Positions 9,727-20,119 of a stretch of 48,803 nt of DNA are shown here, piece by piece. Within the stretch, counting starts at the first letter, position 1; the number at the start of each line of letters is the position of its first letter. A program made the position numbers and the translations under genes. This DNA is from an uncultured Thermus sp. (GTDB lineage Bacteria > Deinococcota > Deinococci > Deinococcales > Thermaceae): contig CAMTVD010000021.1 in the NCBI GenBank assembly GCA_947085095.1, forward strand, positions 1-48,803. The letters are read 5' to 3'. The notes under the pieces were generated by a model. The model saw only the letters and a list, made by a program, of their open reading frames with translations. It ran no database searches and was not told where the DNA came from.

Positions 9727-11112
9727 CTAGAGGGCCTGGGCCACTTCCAGGATCGTCCGGACACCAAACCCTGTACCCCCCTCGGGGCCCAGGGCGTGGG
9801 CCTTCCTGGCGAAGGCGGGCCCGGCAATGTCCAGGTGGACCAGGGGCACTCTCACGAACTCCGCCAGAAAAAGGGCGGCGGTGATGGCCCCGCCGTTCCG
9901 GTCCCCCACGTTCTTCAGGTCGGCCACGGGGCTTTTCAGCTTCTCCCGGTAGGCCCTCTCTAGGGGCATGGGCCAGACCTTCTCCCCCACCCTTCTCGCC
10001 GCCTCCCAAACCTGGTTTCCCCAAGCCTCCTCGGTGGCGAAAAGGGCGGCCACCTCCTCCCCCAGGGCCACCATCGCCGCCCCGGTGAGGGTGGAGAGCT
10101 CCAGGATGCGCTCTGCCCCTTCCCTTTCCGCGTAGAAGAGGGCGTCCGCCAAGGTGAGGCGGCCCTCGGCGTCGGTGTTCATCACCTCCACCGTCTTGCC
10201 GGAAAGGGTCCTCAGCACATCCCCCACCCGGTAGGCCCGGCCCGAAATCATGTTCTCGCAGGCGGCGATGTACCCCCGGATCTCCACGGGTATCCCCAGA
10301 AGGGCGGCGCTCTTCATGGCCCCAAGAACGGCGGCCGCCCCGGCCATATCGCTCTTCATGGTGGCCATGCTCTCCGTGGGCTTTAGGGAGTAGCCCCCGG
10401 AGTCAAAGGTGAGGCCCTTGCCCACCAGGTCCAGCCGGGCCCTGGCGCCAGGAGGGGCGTAACGGAGCCGGATAAACCGAGGCGGGTTCTCCGAGCCCTG
10501 GGCCACGGCCAAGAAGGCCCCCATGCCCAAGGCGGCGATGGCCTCCTCGTCCAGGACCTCCACCTCTATCCCCAGGGCCCGAAGCTCCAGGGCCCTTTCC
10601 GCTAGGGCGAGGGGGGTGAGGAGGTTAGGAGGCTCGTTCACCAGGTCCCGGGCCCAATAGACCCCTTCCGCCACCTTCCTGGCCCTTTCCAGGACCCCCT
10701 CCGGCACCCCGGGGAGGCGGAGGGTGAGGGCCTTTTCCTCCTTCTCGGACTTGTGGCGCTGGAAGCGGTAGGCCCCAAGGAGGAGGCCTTCCGCCAGGGC
10801 GTAAGCGTCCTCCAAGGGCTCCACCAGGGCCTCGGGGAAGCGAAGCTTGAGGAGGGCCTGAGCCAGCCTCCCGCCGCTCCTCCTCGCCTCCTCCCCCAGG
10901 CCAAAGAGGAGGACCTGGCCTTCCGGCGCGGCCAGCAGGAGGCTTTCCCCTTCCTTCAAGGAGACCCCTTCCAGGGCGCGCTTCAGAAGCCCCCCCAGGC
11001 GGGCGTCCAGGGCCTCTCCCTGGGGAAGAAGCCTTCCCTCCTTCACCCAGACCACCTTGAGAGGCACCTCGCCTTGAACCAAAGAAAGCTCGCTGTGGGA
11101 TAGGGTGATCAC
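9727..11112 (-). CDS. pepA: Leucyl aminopeptidase (M17 family)
   Basis: VGKGLTFDSGG, MKSDMAGAA, NTDAEGRL, HLDIAG; start trimmed to GTG 11112. Confidence 0.93.
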   Translation of the reverse strand: MITLSHSELSLVQGEVPLKVVWVKEGRLLPQGEALDARLGGLLKRALEGVSLKEGESLLLAAPEGQVLLFGLGEEARRSGGRLAQALLKLRFPEALVEPLEDAYALAEGLLLGAYRFQRHKSEKEEKALTLRLPGVPEGVLERARKVAEGVYWARDLVNEPPNLLTPLALAERALELRALGIEVEVLDEEAIAALGMGAFLAVAQGSENPPRFIRLRYAPPGARARLDLVGKGLTFDSGGYSLKPTESMATMKSDMAGAAAVLGAMKSAALLGIPVEIRGYIAACENMISGRAYRVGDVLRTLSGKTVEVMNTDAEGRLTLADALFYAEREGAERILELSTLTGAAMVALGEEVAALFATEEAWGNQVWEAARRVGEKVWPMPLERAYREKLKSPVADLKNVGDRNGGAITAALFLAEFVRVPLVHLDIAGPAFARKAHALGPEGGTGFGVRTILEVAQAL

Positions 11113-11154
11113 GCCTTGGGTTATACCACACCTTCCCGTGGCAGAATGAGAAGG

Positions 11155-12039
11155 ATGCGGCTTCTCCTTCTGGCCAAGCAGGCGACCCTGGGGGGGGCGG
11201 CGGCCCTCGAGGGGGTCATGATGAAGGCCCCCTGGGCCTGGGCCCTGGCGGTGCGCCTTCCCAATGGCCAGCTCCACGTGGAGCGCCACGAGGAAAAGGC
11301 CCTGAGCGTGCGCTACCCCTGGGCCAGGCTTCCCCTCCTCCGGGGGGTGGTGGCCCTTTTTGACGCCCTTTCCGTGAGCTACCGGGCCCTGGCCCGGAGC
11401 GCAGAGCTGGTGGGGGGAGAGGAGGAGATGCCCAAGGGCGCCCTCTGGGGCACCATCCTCTTCAGCCTCCTTCTGGGCATCGCCCTCTTCATCGTGCTTC
11501 CCGGCTTTCTCTCCGGCCTCCTTCTAGACCCCGCCCGCTACCCCGTCCTCTACAACCTCCTGGCGGGCCTCATCAAGGTGGGGATCCTGGTGGGCTACCT
11601 CCTCTTCATCGGGCGCATGCCGGAGATCCGCCGCTTCTTCATGTACCACGGGGCGGAGCACAAGGCCATCCACGCCTACGAGAAGGGGCTTCCCCTCACC
11701 GTGGAGAACGTCCTGAACCAGCCCCGATTCCACCCCCGGTGCGGCACCACCTTCATCGCCTTTGTCATCGTGGTCTCGGTCCTGGTCTACAGCCTCATCC
11801 CCGCCCCCGAGGTCCTCTGGTGGCGGCTTCTGGCCCGGGTCCTCTTCCTGCCCCTGGTGGCGGCCTTGGCCTTTGAACTCCTCTACTTCTCTGCCCGCCA
11901 CGAGGACCCCTTCTCCCGCCTCTTAAGGGAGCTCGGCTTCCGCTTCCAGGCCCTCACCGTGGCCGAGCCCACGCCGGACATGGTGGAGGTGGCCATAAAG
12001 AGCACGGAGGCGGCGGTGGAGGAAAGGGTGGTGGCATGA
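11155..12039 (+). CDS. DUF1385-family membrane protein
   Basis: GGAAALEGVMM, FMYHGAEHKAIH and HPRCGT motifs with several TM helices. Confidence 0.88.
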   Translation: MRLLLLAKQATLGGAAALEGVMMKAPWAWALAVRLPNGQLHVERHEEKALSVRYPWARLPLLRGVVALFDALSVSYRALARSAELVGGEEEMPKGALWGTILFSLLLGIALFIVLPGFLSGLLLDPARYPVLYNLLAGLIKVGILVGYLLFIGRMPEIRRFFMYHGAEHKAIHAYEKGLPLTVENVLNQPRFHPRCGTTFIAFVIVVSVLVYSLIPAPEVLWWRLLARVLFLPLVAALAFELLYFSARHEDPFSRLLRELGFRFQALTVAEPTPDMVEVAIKSTEAAVEERVVA

Positions 12040-13151
12040 GGCAAAGCGTCCTGGTGGCCATGTCCGGAGGGGTGGACTCCTCCGTCTCCGCCTACCTCCT
12101 GAAGAAGGCGGGGTACGAGGTGGTGGGGGCCATGATGCGCTTCTGGCCCGACCTGCCCCCCGTGAGCCTGGAGACGGGCGCGGCCCGGGCCTGGGAGAGC
12201 TGCTGCACCCCGGATGCCGCCCACGAGGCGAGAAGGGTGGCGGACCTCCTGGGCATCCCCTTCTACCTCCTGGACTACCGCGAGGTCTTTGAAGAGGAGA
12301 TCATCGCCCCTTTCCTTAAGGACTACGCCCAGGGCCGCACCCCCAACCCCTGCGCCCGCTGCAACACGTTCGTGAAGTTCGGGGCCCTCCTCAAGCAGGC
12401 CAGGCGCCTGGGCCTGGACTACGTGGCCACCGGGCACTACGTGCGCCGGGAGGGGGAGGCCCTCCTCCGGGGCCAGGACCCAAAGAAGGACCAGAGCTAC
12501 TTCCTCTGGGGCACCCCCAAGGAAGCCCTCCCCCACCTCCTCTTCCCCGTGGGGCACCTCACCAAGACCGAGGTGCGCCAGATAGCCGCAGGAGCAGGCC
12601 TCCCCACCGCCAGGAAGCCGGAGAGCCAGAACCTCTGCTTCGTGGCTGGGGACCTTAAGAGCTTCCTGAAGGAGCGCCTAAAGCCCAGGCCCGGCCCTCT
12701 GGTGGATGCCCTCACCGGGGAGGTGGTGGGCACCCACGAGGGGGCAAGCCTCTACACCCTGGGCCAGCGGAAGGGGCTGGGCCTAAGGCACAGCCACCTG
12801 GAGCGGTACGTGGTGGGCCTGGACGTGCATCAGAACGTGGTCTACGTGGGGCCCAGGGAGGCCGCCCTTTGGGAGGGGATGGAGGGGGAGGGGGAGAACC
12901 TCCTTGGGGAACTCCCGGAGGAGGTGGAGGTCCAGGTGCGCTACCGCACCCCCCCCGTGCGGGCGGTGGTGGAGTCCCTAAACCCCTTGCACCTCCGCTT
13001 CCGCGAGCCCGTCTTCGCCGTAACCCCGGGGCAGAGCGCCGCCTTCTACCAGGGGGATAGGCTTCTGGGGGGAGCGGTGATCCGGCGGGGGCTTTACAAC
13101 CTGGCAGGCCTTGACGAGACTTTGACGGGGAAGGCCTTGACCTTCTTCTGA
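12036..13151 (+). CDS. mnmA: tRNA 2-thiouridine(34) synthase
   Basis: AMSGGVDS PP-loop, TPNPC, ATGHY, KDQSYFL, TPGQ. Confidence 0.96.
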   Translation: MRQSVLVAMSGGVDSSVSAYLLKKAGYEVVGAMMRFWPDLPPVSLETGAARAWESCCTPDAAHEARRVADLLGIPFYLLDYREVFEEEIIAPFLKDYAQGRTPNPCARCNTFVKFGALLKQARRLGLDYVATGHYVRREGEALLRGQDPKKDQSYFLWGTPKEALPHLLFPVGHLTKTEVRQIAAGAGLPTARKPESQNLCFVAGDLKSFLKERLKPRPGPLVDALTGEVVGTHEGASLYTLGQRKGLGLRHSHLERYVVGLDVHQNVVYVGPREAALWEGMEGEGENLLGELPEEVEVQVRYRTPPVRAVVESLNPLHLRFREPVFAVTPGQSAAFYQGDRLLGGAVIRRGLYNLAGLDETLTGKALTFF

Positions 13152-13152
13152 C
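13111..13152 (+). promoter_or_regulatory. Candidate Pho-box-like 11-bp-spaced direct repeats upstream of pstS
   Basis: TTGAC at 13111 and 13122; TTGAC at 13137 and CTGAC at 13148; both pairs 11 bp apart. Confidence 0.5.
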
Positions 13153-13187
13153 ACAAGGCTGCCATCCTTACTCTTGGGAGGTTTGCC

Positions 13188-14159
13188 ATGGTCAAGAAGG
13201 GGACAGTTGGGCTTTTGGTCTTGGTGCTGGCGGGCTTGGGCCTGGCCCAGATCCGGGCGGACGGTTCCTCCACCGTCTACCCCATCACCCAGGCAGTAGC
13301 GGAGGAGTTCGTCCAGAGGAACCCTGGGGTCAAGATCTCCGTGGCCTACTCCGGCACTGGGGGCGGGTTCAGGAAGTTCTGCCGGGGGGAGACGGACATC
13401 CAAAACGCCAGCCGCCCCATCAGGAAGTCGGAGCTGGAGGAGTGCGAAAAGAACGGCATCAAGTTCATTGAGATTCCCATTGCCTACGACGCCCTCACCG
13501 TGGTGGTCAACAACAGGAACACCTGGGCCACCTGCCTGAAGACCAGCGAGCTTAGGGCCATCTGGGAGCCCAACTCCAAGGTGGTCCTGTGGTCCGATGT
13601 GCGCAAGGAGTGGCCCAAGGCGCGGATCGTCCTCTACGGACCCGGGACCGACTCTGGCACCTTTGACTACTTCACCGAGGCCATCATGGGCAGGTCGGGA
13701 GCCTCCCGCAAGGACTTCTTCCCCTCGGAGGACGACAACATCATCCTCCGGGGCGTGGCGGCCGGGCTCTACACCCTGGGTTACTTCGGCTACGCCTACT
13801 ACGAAGAGCACAAGGACAGGCTCAAGGCCGTGGCCATTGACCATGGAAAAGGCTGCGTGCTCCCCAGCCGGGAAACCGTGCTCAACGGGACCTACCAGCC
13901 CCTCGCCCGGCCCCTCTTCATCTACGTGAACGCGAAGAGCCTGGAGCGCAAGGAGGTCCTGGACTTCGTGGACTTCTACCTGTCCCCTGCGGCCCGCCGG
14001 GCCATCCGGGCCACGGGGTATGTGGACCTCCCCGCGGAGGCCTACGGGATCGGCCAGGAGCTGGTCAAGCGGAGGAAGACCGGCACCTTCTTCATGGAGC
14101 TTCCCCCGGGTACCCCTCTCTCCAAGTTCCTGGAGGACCTGAGGAAGGAACTGAGGTAA
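13188..14159 (+). CDS. pstS: Phosphate ABC transporter substrate-binding protein
   Basis: Signal peptide, [30 protein letters not shown]. Confidence 0.95.
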   Translation: MVKKGTVGLLVLVLAGLGLAQIRADGSSTVYPITQAVAEEFVQRNPGVKISVAYSGTGGGFRKFCRGETDIQNASRPIRKSELEECEKNGIKFIEIPIAYDALTVVVNNRNTWATCLKTSELRAIWEPNSKVVLWSDVRKEWPKARIVLYGPGTDSGTFDYFTEAIMGRSGASRKDFFPSEDDNIILRGVAAGLYTLGYFGYAYYEEHKDRLKAVAIDHGKGCVLPSRETVLNGTYQPLARPLFIYVNAKSLERKEVLDFVDFYLSPAARRAIRATGYVDLPAEAYGIGQELVKRRKTGTFFMELPPGTPLSKFLEDLRKELR

Positions 14160-14170
14160 ACTGACCAAGG

Positions 14171-14202
14171 TTAGGGGGTGGGGGCCATCCCCACCCCCTT
14201 AA
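14171..14202 (+). other. Intergenic stem-loop after pstS
   Basis: AGGGGGTGGGG-GCCAT-CCCCACCCCCT; usual position for a transcript-stabilising or attenuating hairpin after a binding-protein gene. Confidence 0.6.
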
Positions 14203-14203
14203 A

Positions 14204-15118
14204 ATGAGCAAGGACATGGACCTCCTACGCCAGCGCCCCTCCCGCAACCCCAAGGAGACCGGCGTCCTCGCCCTCCTCCTCCTCCTCTCCTCGGTCACCC
14301 TGCTCACCTCCCTGGGGGTGATCCTGAGCCTTCTGGGGGAGGTGGTGGCCTTTTTCCAGCGGGTACCCCTCCGCGAGTTCCTCTTCGCCCCCGAGTGGAC
14401 GCCCCTCTTTGCCGAGCCCCGGTACGGCATCGCCCCCCTGATCACGGGCACCTTGCTGGTGACGGTCATCGCCCTGGCCGTGGCCATACCCCTGGGCCTG
14501 GCCCTGGCCATTTACCTTTCGGAGTACGCCCCCCACAGGATACGGGCCCGCATCATGGGGGTCCTGGAGCTTTTTGAAGGGATTCCTACCGTGGTCTTTG
14601 GCTACTTCGCCCTCCTCACCGTGACCCCCTTTCTCCAGAAGTTCATTCCCGGACTCCAGATCTTCAACGCCCTCTCCGCCGGTCTGGTGATGGGGTTCGC
14701 CATCATCCCTTACGTGTCCAACGTGGCCGCGGACGCCATGCAGTCCGTGCCCCGGGCCATCCGGGAGGCCGCCTACGCCCTGGGGGCCAGGCCCTACGAG
14801 GTGGCCCTAAAGGTGGTCTTTCCCGCCGCCATCTCTGGCATCATCGCCGCCATCATCCTGGCCGCCAGCCGGGCCATCGGGGAGACCATGATCGTGGCCA
14901 TCGCCGCGGGGCAACGCCCCACCCTGACCCTAGACCCCCGGGAGACCATCGCCACCATGACCAGCTTCATCGTCCAGGCAGCCACCGGGGACCAGCCCGC
15001 GGGCTCCACCGCCTCCTTGGCCCTTTTCGCCGTGGGGGCCACCCTCTTCCTGCTGACCCTAGGCCTCAATATCCTGGCCCAGTATGTGGTGGAGCGGTAT
15101 AGGGAGCGGTATGAGTGA
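14204..15118 (+). CDS. pstC: Phosphate ABC transporter permease PstC
   Basis: GIPTVVFG, REAAYALGA (EAA loop), SRAIGETM; alternative start 14216. Confidence 0.94.
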   Translation: MSKDMDLLRQRPSRNPKETGVLALLLLLSSVTLLTSLGVILSLLGEVVAFFQRVPLREFLFAPEWTPLFAEPRYGIAPLITGTLLVTVIALAVAIPLGLALAIYLSEYAPHRIRARIMGVLELFEGIPTVVFGYFALLTVTPFLQKFIPGLQIFNALSAGLVMGFAIIPYVSNVAADAMQSVPRAIREAAYALGARPYEVALKVVFPAAISGIIAAIILAASRAIGETMIVAIAAGQRPTLTLDPRETIATMTSFIVQAATGDQPAGSTASLALFAVGATLFLLTLGLNILAQYVVERYRERYE

Positions 15119-16316
15119 CTCCTTTCTAGACAAAACCTTGGGCCAAGACCCCTGGAAGACCCGGATAGACCGGGTCTTTGCCCGGGCCCTCATCCTTCCC
15201 CTTATCCTTGCCCTGGCCCTCCTCGCCTGGCTCCTTTTGGACACCACCTACCGGAGCTTCTCCGTGCAGGTGGTGCGCTCGGACGTGGGGCTCTCCCAGA
15301 CCTTTCCCCTGGGTACCTCCTGGAAGGAAGCCCTGGTGCCCGCGCTCCTCAAGGAGGGGTACACCGAGGAGGAGGCCAAGGCCCTCCTCGAGGACCCCAA
15401 GGAGCTCCGGATCCTCCTCAACCAGAACCGGGTGGAGCTCATGTGGAACACCCACGAAGGCCCCTTCCGCCACGTGGTCACGGGCTCCTACGACGAGCGC
15501 CTTCTGGACCTGCCCCTCCTCCAGGGCCTTAGGCGGTGGGAAGAGCTCAAGGCGAACCTGGGGGAAGGGGAGCGCCTGGTCCTAAACCCCTGGCTGGACC
15601 AGACCTTCCTTTCCCGCTTCCCCTCCCGGAACCCCCTCATCGCCGGGATGGGGGTAGCCGTGGTGGGCACGGTCTGGGTCCTCACCCTGGCCCTTCTCAT
15701 CGCCATCCCCGTGGGGGTAGGGACGGCCATCCTCCTGGAGGAGTACCTGCGGGAGGGGCGGCTGAACCGGGTCCTCGAGGTCAACCTCCGCAACCTGGCC
15801 GGGGTGCCCTCCATCGTCTACGGACTCCTGGGCCTGGCCCTCTTTGTGCGCGGGTTCGGCTTTGGCCCCACCATCCTGGCCGCCGCCCTCACCCTCGCCC
15901 TCTTGGGCATACCGGTGATCACCGTGACCGCCCGAGAGGCCCTGAGGGCCGTGCCTGAGTCCATGCGCCAGGCGGCTTTCGCCCTGGGGGCCACCCGCAG
16001 GCAGGTGGTCTTCCGGGTGGTCCTGCCCGCCGCCCTTCCCGGGGTGGTGACCGGGGTCATCCTTTCCGCCGCCCGCCTCATCGGGGAGGCCGCCCCCCTG
16101 CTCCTGGTGGGGGCCGCTGCCTACGTGCCCTTCTACCCCTCGAGCCCCCTTTCCGAGTACACGGTGATCCCGGTGCAGATCTACCTCTGGGTGGCCCAGC
16201 CCCAGCCCGAGTTCGCCCGGGTGGCCGCGGCAGGCATCCTGGTGATGCTCCTGGTCCTCTCCGGCCTTTACCTGGCCGCCCTGTACCTTAGGAACCGCTT
16301 CAGGAGGGAATGGTGA
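15111..16316 (+). CDS. pstA: Phosphate ABC transporter permease PstA
   Basis: [29 protein letters not shown]; large N-terminal soluble loop. Confidence 0.94.
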   Translation: MSDSFLDKTLGQDPWKTRIDRVFARALILPLILALALLAWLLLDTTYRSFSVQVVRSDVGLSQTFPLGTSWKEALVPALLKEGYTEEEAKALLEDPKELRILLNQNRVELMWNTHEGPFRHVVTGSYDERLLDLPLLQGLRRWEELKANLGEGERLVLNPWLDQTFLSRFPSRNPLIAGMGVAVVGTVWVLTLALLIAIPVGVGTAILLEEYLREGRLNRVLEVNLRNLAGVPSIVYGLLGLALFVRGFGFGPTILAAALTLALLGIPVITVTAREALRAVPESMRQAAFALGATRRQVVFRVVLPAALPGVVTGVILSAARLIGEAAPLLLVGAAAYVPFYPSSPLSEYTVIPVQIYLWVAQPQPEFARVAAAGILVMLLVLSGLYLAALYLRNRFRREW

Positions 16317-17125
16317 AGTTAGACCTTTTACAAAACCACGAGACGGTGCGCACCGCGCCCGTTCCCGAGGCCGAGGCCCTGGTGGATGTCCGCAACCTCA
16401 GCCTCTTCTACGGGAACAAGCAGGCCCTTTACAATATCAGCGTTCGCTTTCCCAAGAATCAGGTGACCGCCATCATCGGCCCCTCCGGGTGCGGCAAGAG
16501 CACCCTCCTCCGCTCCCTCAACCGCATGAACGACCTCATCCCTGGGGTGCGGGTGACGGGGGAGGTCCTCTATGAGGGGGTGAACGTCTACGACCCCCAG
16601 GTGGACCCGGTGGCGGTGCGGCGGCACATCGGCATGGTCTTCCAGAAGCCCAACCCCTTTCCCAAGACCATCTTTGAGAACGTGGCCTTCGGCCTGCGCC
16701 TCATGGGGGTGAAAGGGAGCGAGCTAGAGGACCGGGTGGTGGAGGCCCTAAAGCGGGCCGCCCTGTGGGGGGAGGTTCAGGACATCTTCAAAAAGCAGAG
16801 CGGCCTCCGGCTTTCGGGGGGACAACAGCAAAGGCTCTGCATCGCCCGGGCCATCGCCGTGGAACCCCACCTCCTCCTCATGGACGAGCCCACCAGCGCC
16901 CTGGATCCCATCGCCACCCAGGCCATTGAGGACCTGATCCTGGAGCTCAAAAGCCGCTACACGGTGGTCATCGTCACCCACAACATGCAACAGGCCGCCC
17001 GGGTTTCCGACCGGACCCTCTTCATGCACCTGGGGGTTTTGGTGGAGGAGGGGCCCACGGAAGAGCTCTTCACCAAACCCAAACACCCCTACACCGAGGC
17101 CTACATCACCGGGCGCTTCGGTTAG
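16310..17125 (+). CDS. pstB: Phosphate ABC transporter ATP-binding protein
   Basis: [37 protein letters not shown]. Confidence 0.97.
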   Translation: MVKLDLLQNHETVRTAPVPEAEALVDVRNLSLFYGNKQALYNISVRFPKNQVTAIIGPSGCGKSTLLRSLNRMNDLIPGVRVTGEVLYEGVNVYDPQVDPVAVRRHIGMVFQKPNPFPKTIFENVAFGLRLMGVKGSELEDRVVEALKRAALWGEVQDIFKKQSGLRLSGGQQQRLCIARAIAVEPHLLLMDEPTSALDPIATQAIEDLILELKSRYTVVIVTHNMQQAARVSDRTLFMHLGVLVEEGPTEELFTKPKHPYTEAYITGRFG

Positions 17126-17135
17126 ACTCTAGGGC

Positions 17136-18308
17136 ATGCCGCCCCTGGGCCTCCTCTTTCTCACCCTCTTCAACAGCATCCTGGGGCTTTCCATTCTCTT
17201 CCCCATCCTCGGACCCTTGGGACGGGAGCTGGGCCTCACTGAGGTCCAGGTGGGCCTTTTCTCCACGGGCTACGCCCTCATGCAGTTCCTCCTCGCCCCA
17301 TTCTGGGGGAGGCGGAGCGAAAGGGGGAGGAAACCCGTCCTCCTCCTGGGCATTCTGGGGTTTTCCCTAAGCTTTTTCCTCTTCGGCCTCTTTGCCCTTT
17401 TGGGGCAACGGGGTCTTCTTGCCCCGGATTTCCTTTTCCCCCTCCTCCTCCTTTCCCGCCTCCTGGGAGGGGCCTTCAGCTCCGCCACCCTACCCACCGC
17501 CCAGGCCTACGTGGCGGACATGACCGGGAGGGAAAGCCGCACCGCGGGCATGGCCCTCCTGGGGGCGGCCTTCGGCCTGGCGGTGATCCTGGGACCGGCC
17601 CTGGGGGCGGGCCTCGCCGCCACCTTCGGCCTCCTCTCCCCGGTCTTCTTTTCGGCGGGGATCGCCCTTCTAAACGCCCTCTTCGTCCATCTGGTCCTTC
17701 CCGAGTCCCGGCCTGGGGGTCATGGGGAGGGGCGGCGGCTTTCCCCCCTGGACCCAAGGGTCTTCCCCCTTCTCCTCCTGGGGTTCGCCCTCAACGTCTC
17801 CGGCGTGGCCCTGGAGCAGACCATCGCCTTTTATTTCCAAGACCGCTTAGGGCTTTCGGGGACGGCCACGGCCCGAGCGGTGGGGATGGCCTTGGTCCTC
17901 TACGGCCTGGTGGCGGTCTTCATCCAGGGGTTTTTGGTGCGCAGGCTTTCTTGGCCTCCCCGAACCCTCCTCCTCCTGGGTATTCCCGTGGGCGCCCTAG
18001 GGTTTTTGGTCCTGGTCTTCGCCCAGAGCTTCTCGGCGCTGACCCTGGGCCTCGCCCTCCAGGGAGCGGGGGCGGCCCTGGCAGGGCCTGGGGTTACGGC
18101 CGCCCTCTCCCTGGCGGTGGGGGAGAGGGAGCAGGGCCTGGTGGCCGGGCTAGGCAGCGCCGCTCAGGCCCTGGGGCGGATGCTGGGGCCCATCCTGGGG
18201 ACCGGGCTTTACCAACTGACCCCCGAGGCCCCCTACCTCCTGGGGACCGTAGTTCTCCTCCTGGCCTTCCTCTTCCTCCCCGCCCTCTTGCAGAAGGTGC
18301 GTCTCTGA
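17136..18308 (+). CDS. MFS transporter (DHA1/TetA-like)
   Basis: About 12 hydrophobic helices, GRRSERGRKP loop motif, ILGPALG antiporter motif. Confidence 0.9.
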   Translation: MPPLGLLFLTLFNSILGLSILFPILGPLGRELGLTEVQVGLFSTGYALMQFLLAPFWGRRSERGRKPVLLLGILGFSLSFFLFGLFALLGQRGLLAPDFLFPLLLLSRLLGGAFSSATLPTAQAYVADMTGRESRTAGMALLGAAFGLAVILGPALGAGLAATFGLLSPVFFSAGIALLNALFVHLVLPESRPGGHGEGRRLSPLDPRVFPLLLLGFALNVSGVALEQTIAFYFQDRLGLSGTATARAVGMALVLYGLVAVFIQGFLVRRLSWPPRTLLLLGIPVGALGFLVLVFAQSFSALTLGLALQGAGAALAGPGVTAALSLAVGEREQGLVAGLGSAAQALGRMLGPILGTGLYQLTPEAPYLLGTVVLLLAFLFLPALLQKVRL

Positions 18309-19339
18309 TGCGGCTTCTTTCCTTCCGCCAAAGGCATTTCCGCAACCTAGCCATGGCCGAGTTCCGCCCTCCCCCAGGCCTCTTCGCCGTGGTGGGGGGG
18401 AACGCCCAGGGGAAGACCAGCCTTCTTCTGGCTCTGCACCTGGCCCTGGGCGGCGAGGTGCGGGGGGCCCTGGGCGACCTGGTGCGCTTCGGAGAGAAGG
18501 AGGCCTGGCTCCAGGTGGAGGCGGAGACGGAGCTGGGGGTCTATAGGGTGGAGCACAGGATCGCCCCAGAAGGGCGGGAAATCCGCTTAAACGAAAAGGT
18601 CGTGGGCCTCAGGGCTCTCTACGAGCTCCCCGGGTCGGTCCTGGTCCTTCCCGAGGACGTGGAGGTGGTCCTGGGCCCCAAGGAGGCAAGGCGGGGTTTT
18701 TTGGACCACCTCCTCTCCCGCTTCTCCCGGCGCTACGCTGCGCTTCTTTCCGCTTACGAGAGGGTTCTCCGCCAGCGGAACGCCCTTTTGAAGGCGGGAG
18801 GGAATGGTCTATTGGTCTGGGACCAGGAGCTTTCCCGCTACGGGGAGGAGATCATGGCCCTGAGGCGGCGCTTTCTCAAGCGCTTCCTGCCCCTTTTTCA
18901 GACGATTCACCGGGCCCTGGCCCCGGGTGAGGCCGGGCTTAGGTTAGAGGAAAGCGTGGCCGGGGACTTCCTCCAGGCCCTAAAGGAAAAGCGGGAAGAA
19001 GAGCTACAGAGGGGGCAGACCCTTCTCGGCCCCCACCGGGACGACCTGGTCTTCCTCCTCCAGGGCCGTCCCGCCCACCGCTTCGCCAGCCGGGGGGAGG
19101 CCAAGGCCCTGGCCCTGGCCCTACGCCTGGCGGAGCACCGCCTCCTCTCCGAACACTACGGCGAGCCCCCCCTCCTCCTCTTGGACGAGTGGAGCGAGGA
19201 GCTGGACGAGGCCCGGAGAAACGCGGTCTTGGCTTACGCCAAGGAGCTCCCCCAGGCGGTCCTGGCCGGGCTTCTGGCCCCGGAGGGGGTGCTGGTATGC
19301 TCGGTGCAAGGGGGGGTGGTCCTGTGCCCTGGCGGCTAA
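18308..19339 (+). CDS. recF: DNA replication/repair protein RecF
   Basis: FRNL, GGNAQGKTS Walker A, QRNALLK, GPHRDDL, ASRGE, LLLDE; ATG overlaps the MFS stop. Confidence 0.94.
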   Translation: MRLLSFRQRHFRNLAMAEFRPPPGLFAVVGGNAQGKTSLLLALHLALGGEVRGALGDLVRFGEKEAWLQVEAETELGVYRVEHRIAPEGREIRLNEKVVGLRALYELPGSVLVLPEDVEVVLGPKEARRGFLDHLLSRFSRRYAALLSAYERVLRQRNALLKAGGNGLLVWDQELSRYGEEIMALRRRFLKRFLPLFQTIHRALAPGEAGLRLEESVAGDFLQALKEKREEELQRGQTLLGPHRDDLVFLLQGRPAHRFASRGEAKALALALRLAEHRLLSEHYGEPPLLLLDEWSEELDEARRNAVLAYAKELPQAVLAGLLAPEGVLVCSVQGGVVLCPGG

Positions 19340-20082
19340 AGGAGGTCATCCCCGAGGCCTTAAAGCGGGCTGGGGGAAAGGAGCGGCTCAAAAGGGGGCT
19401 GGTGCTGGCCGCCTGGCGGGAGGTGGTGGGGCGGGAGCTTGCGAAGATGACGGAGGCGGTGGCCCTCGAGGAGGGTACCCTCCTGGTGCAGGTGCCCGAC
19501 CCCGTGGTGGCCCACCAGCTCACCTACAGCCGCCTGGCCCTCCTCAAGCGCTACGAGGAGCGCTTTCCCGGGGTGGTGAAGGAGATTCGTTTCCAGGTGG
19601 GTAGGGTTGAGTCCCAAGCGGGGGCGGGAGACAAGCCCCCATCCCCGGGGCACCTCCTCGAGGCCGGCCGCAAGGCCCTGGCCCTGGCGCAAAAGGCCCC
19701 CCCGGAGCTAAGGGAGCCCGTGGCCCGGGCCGCCCTGGCCCTCTTCCGCCGCCAGAAAGGAGACCCCTGCCCCATCTGCCAGGCCCCCAGCGAAGCCCAC
19801 CCCTGCGCCACCTGCCGCCGCCTTCTGGAAGACCCGGTGGTGCGCAAGGAGGTGGAGCGCCTCAAGCGCGGGAAGCCCACCGGCCTCCAGGGGGAGGCCC
19901 TCTTGGTGGCCCGGCACCTTGCCAGGGAAAAGCTTCTTCAAGAGATGCGGGACCTCTACCCAGAGGTCCTGCGGGAGGAGGGCCTGAGGCCCCTCCTCGA
20001 GGACCTGGCCCGGCGCTTCCAAGCCCTCTTCCCCGAGGAGCCCCTCCCCGAGGGGGTGCGTAGCCTCCTGAAAGGGCCCTAA
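19324..20082 (+). CDS. DUF721/DciA-family protein with Zn-finger extension
   Basis: Follows recF; AWREVVG..LAKMT..GTLLVQV..QL pattern; CPIC...CATC. Confidence 0.8.
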   Translation: MPWRLKEVIPEALKRAGGKERLKRGLVLAAWREVVGRELAKMTEAVALEEGTLLVQVPDPVVAHQLTYSRLALLKRYEERFPGVVKEIRFQVGRVESQAGAGDKPPSPGHLLEAGRKALALAQKAPPELREPVARAALALFRRQKGDPCPICQAPSEAHPCATCRRLLEDPVVRKEVERLKRGKPTGLQGEALLVARHLAREKLLQEMRDLYPEVLREEGLRPLLEDLARRFQALFPEEPLPEGVRSLLKGP

Positions 20083-20112
20083 AGAAAAACCCCGCCTCTT
20101 TGGGAGACGGGG
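20081..20112 (-). terminator. Intrinsic terminator, probably the native terminator of the tRNA-Glu/Val operon displaced by the element
   Basis: Minus strand CCCCGTCTC-CCAAA-GAGGCGGGG followed by TTTTTCTTT, just downstream of the duplicated tRNA 3' end. Confidence 0.8.
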
Positions 20113-20119
20113 CACGGAC

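Noticed and set aside
12036..13151. Functional link between mnmA and the nearby tRNA-Lys/Glu genes
   Set aside because: About 15 kb apart in separate transcription units; proximity is likely coincidental
17951..18307. N-terminal extensions in the ORF track (recF here; also hemC, pepA, dnaE, pgi)
   Set aside because: Extensions overlap neighbouring genes or promoters; family motifs and -10/SD signals support the shorter starts
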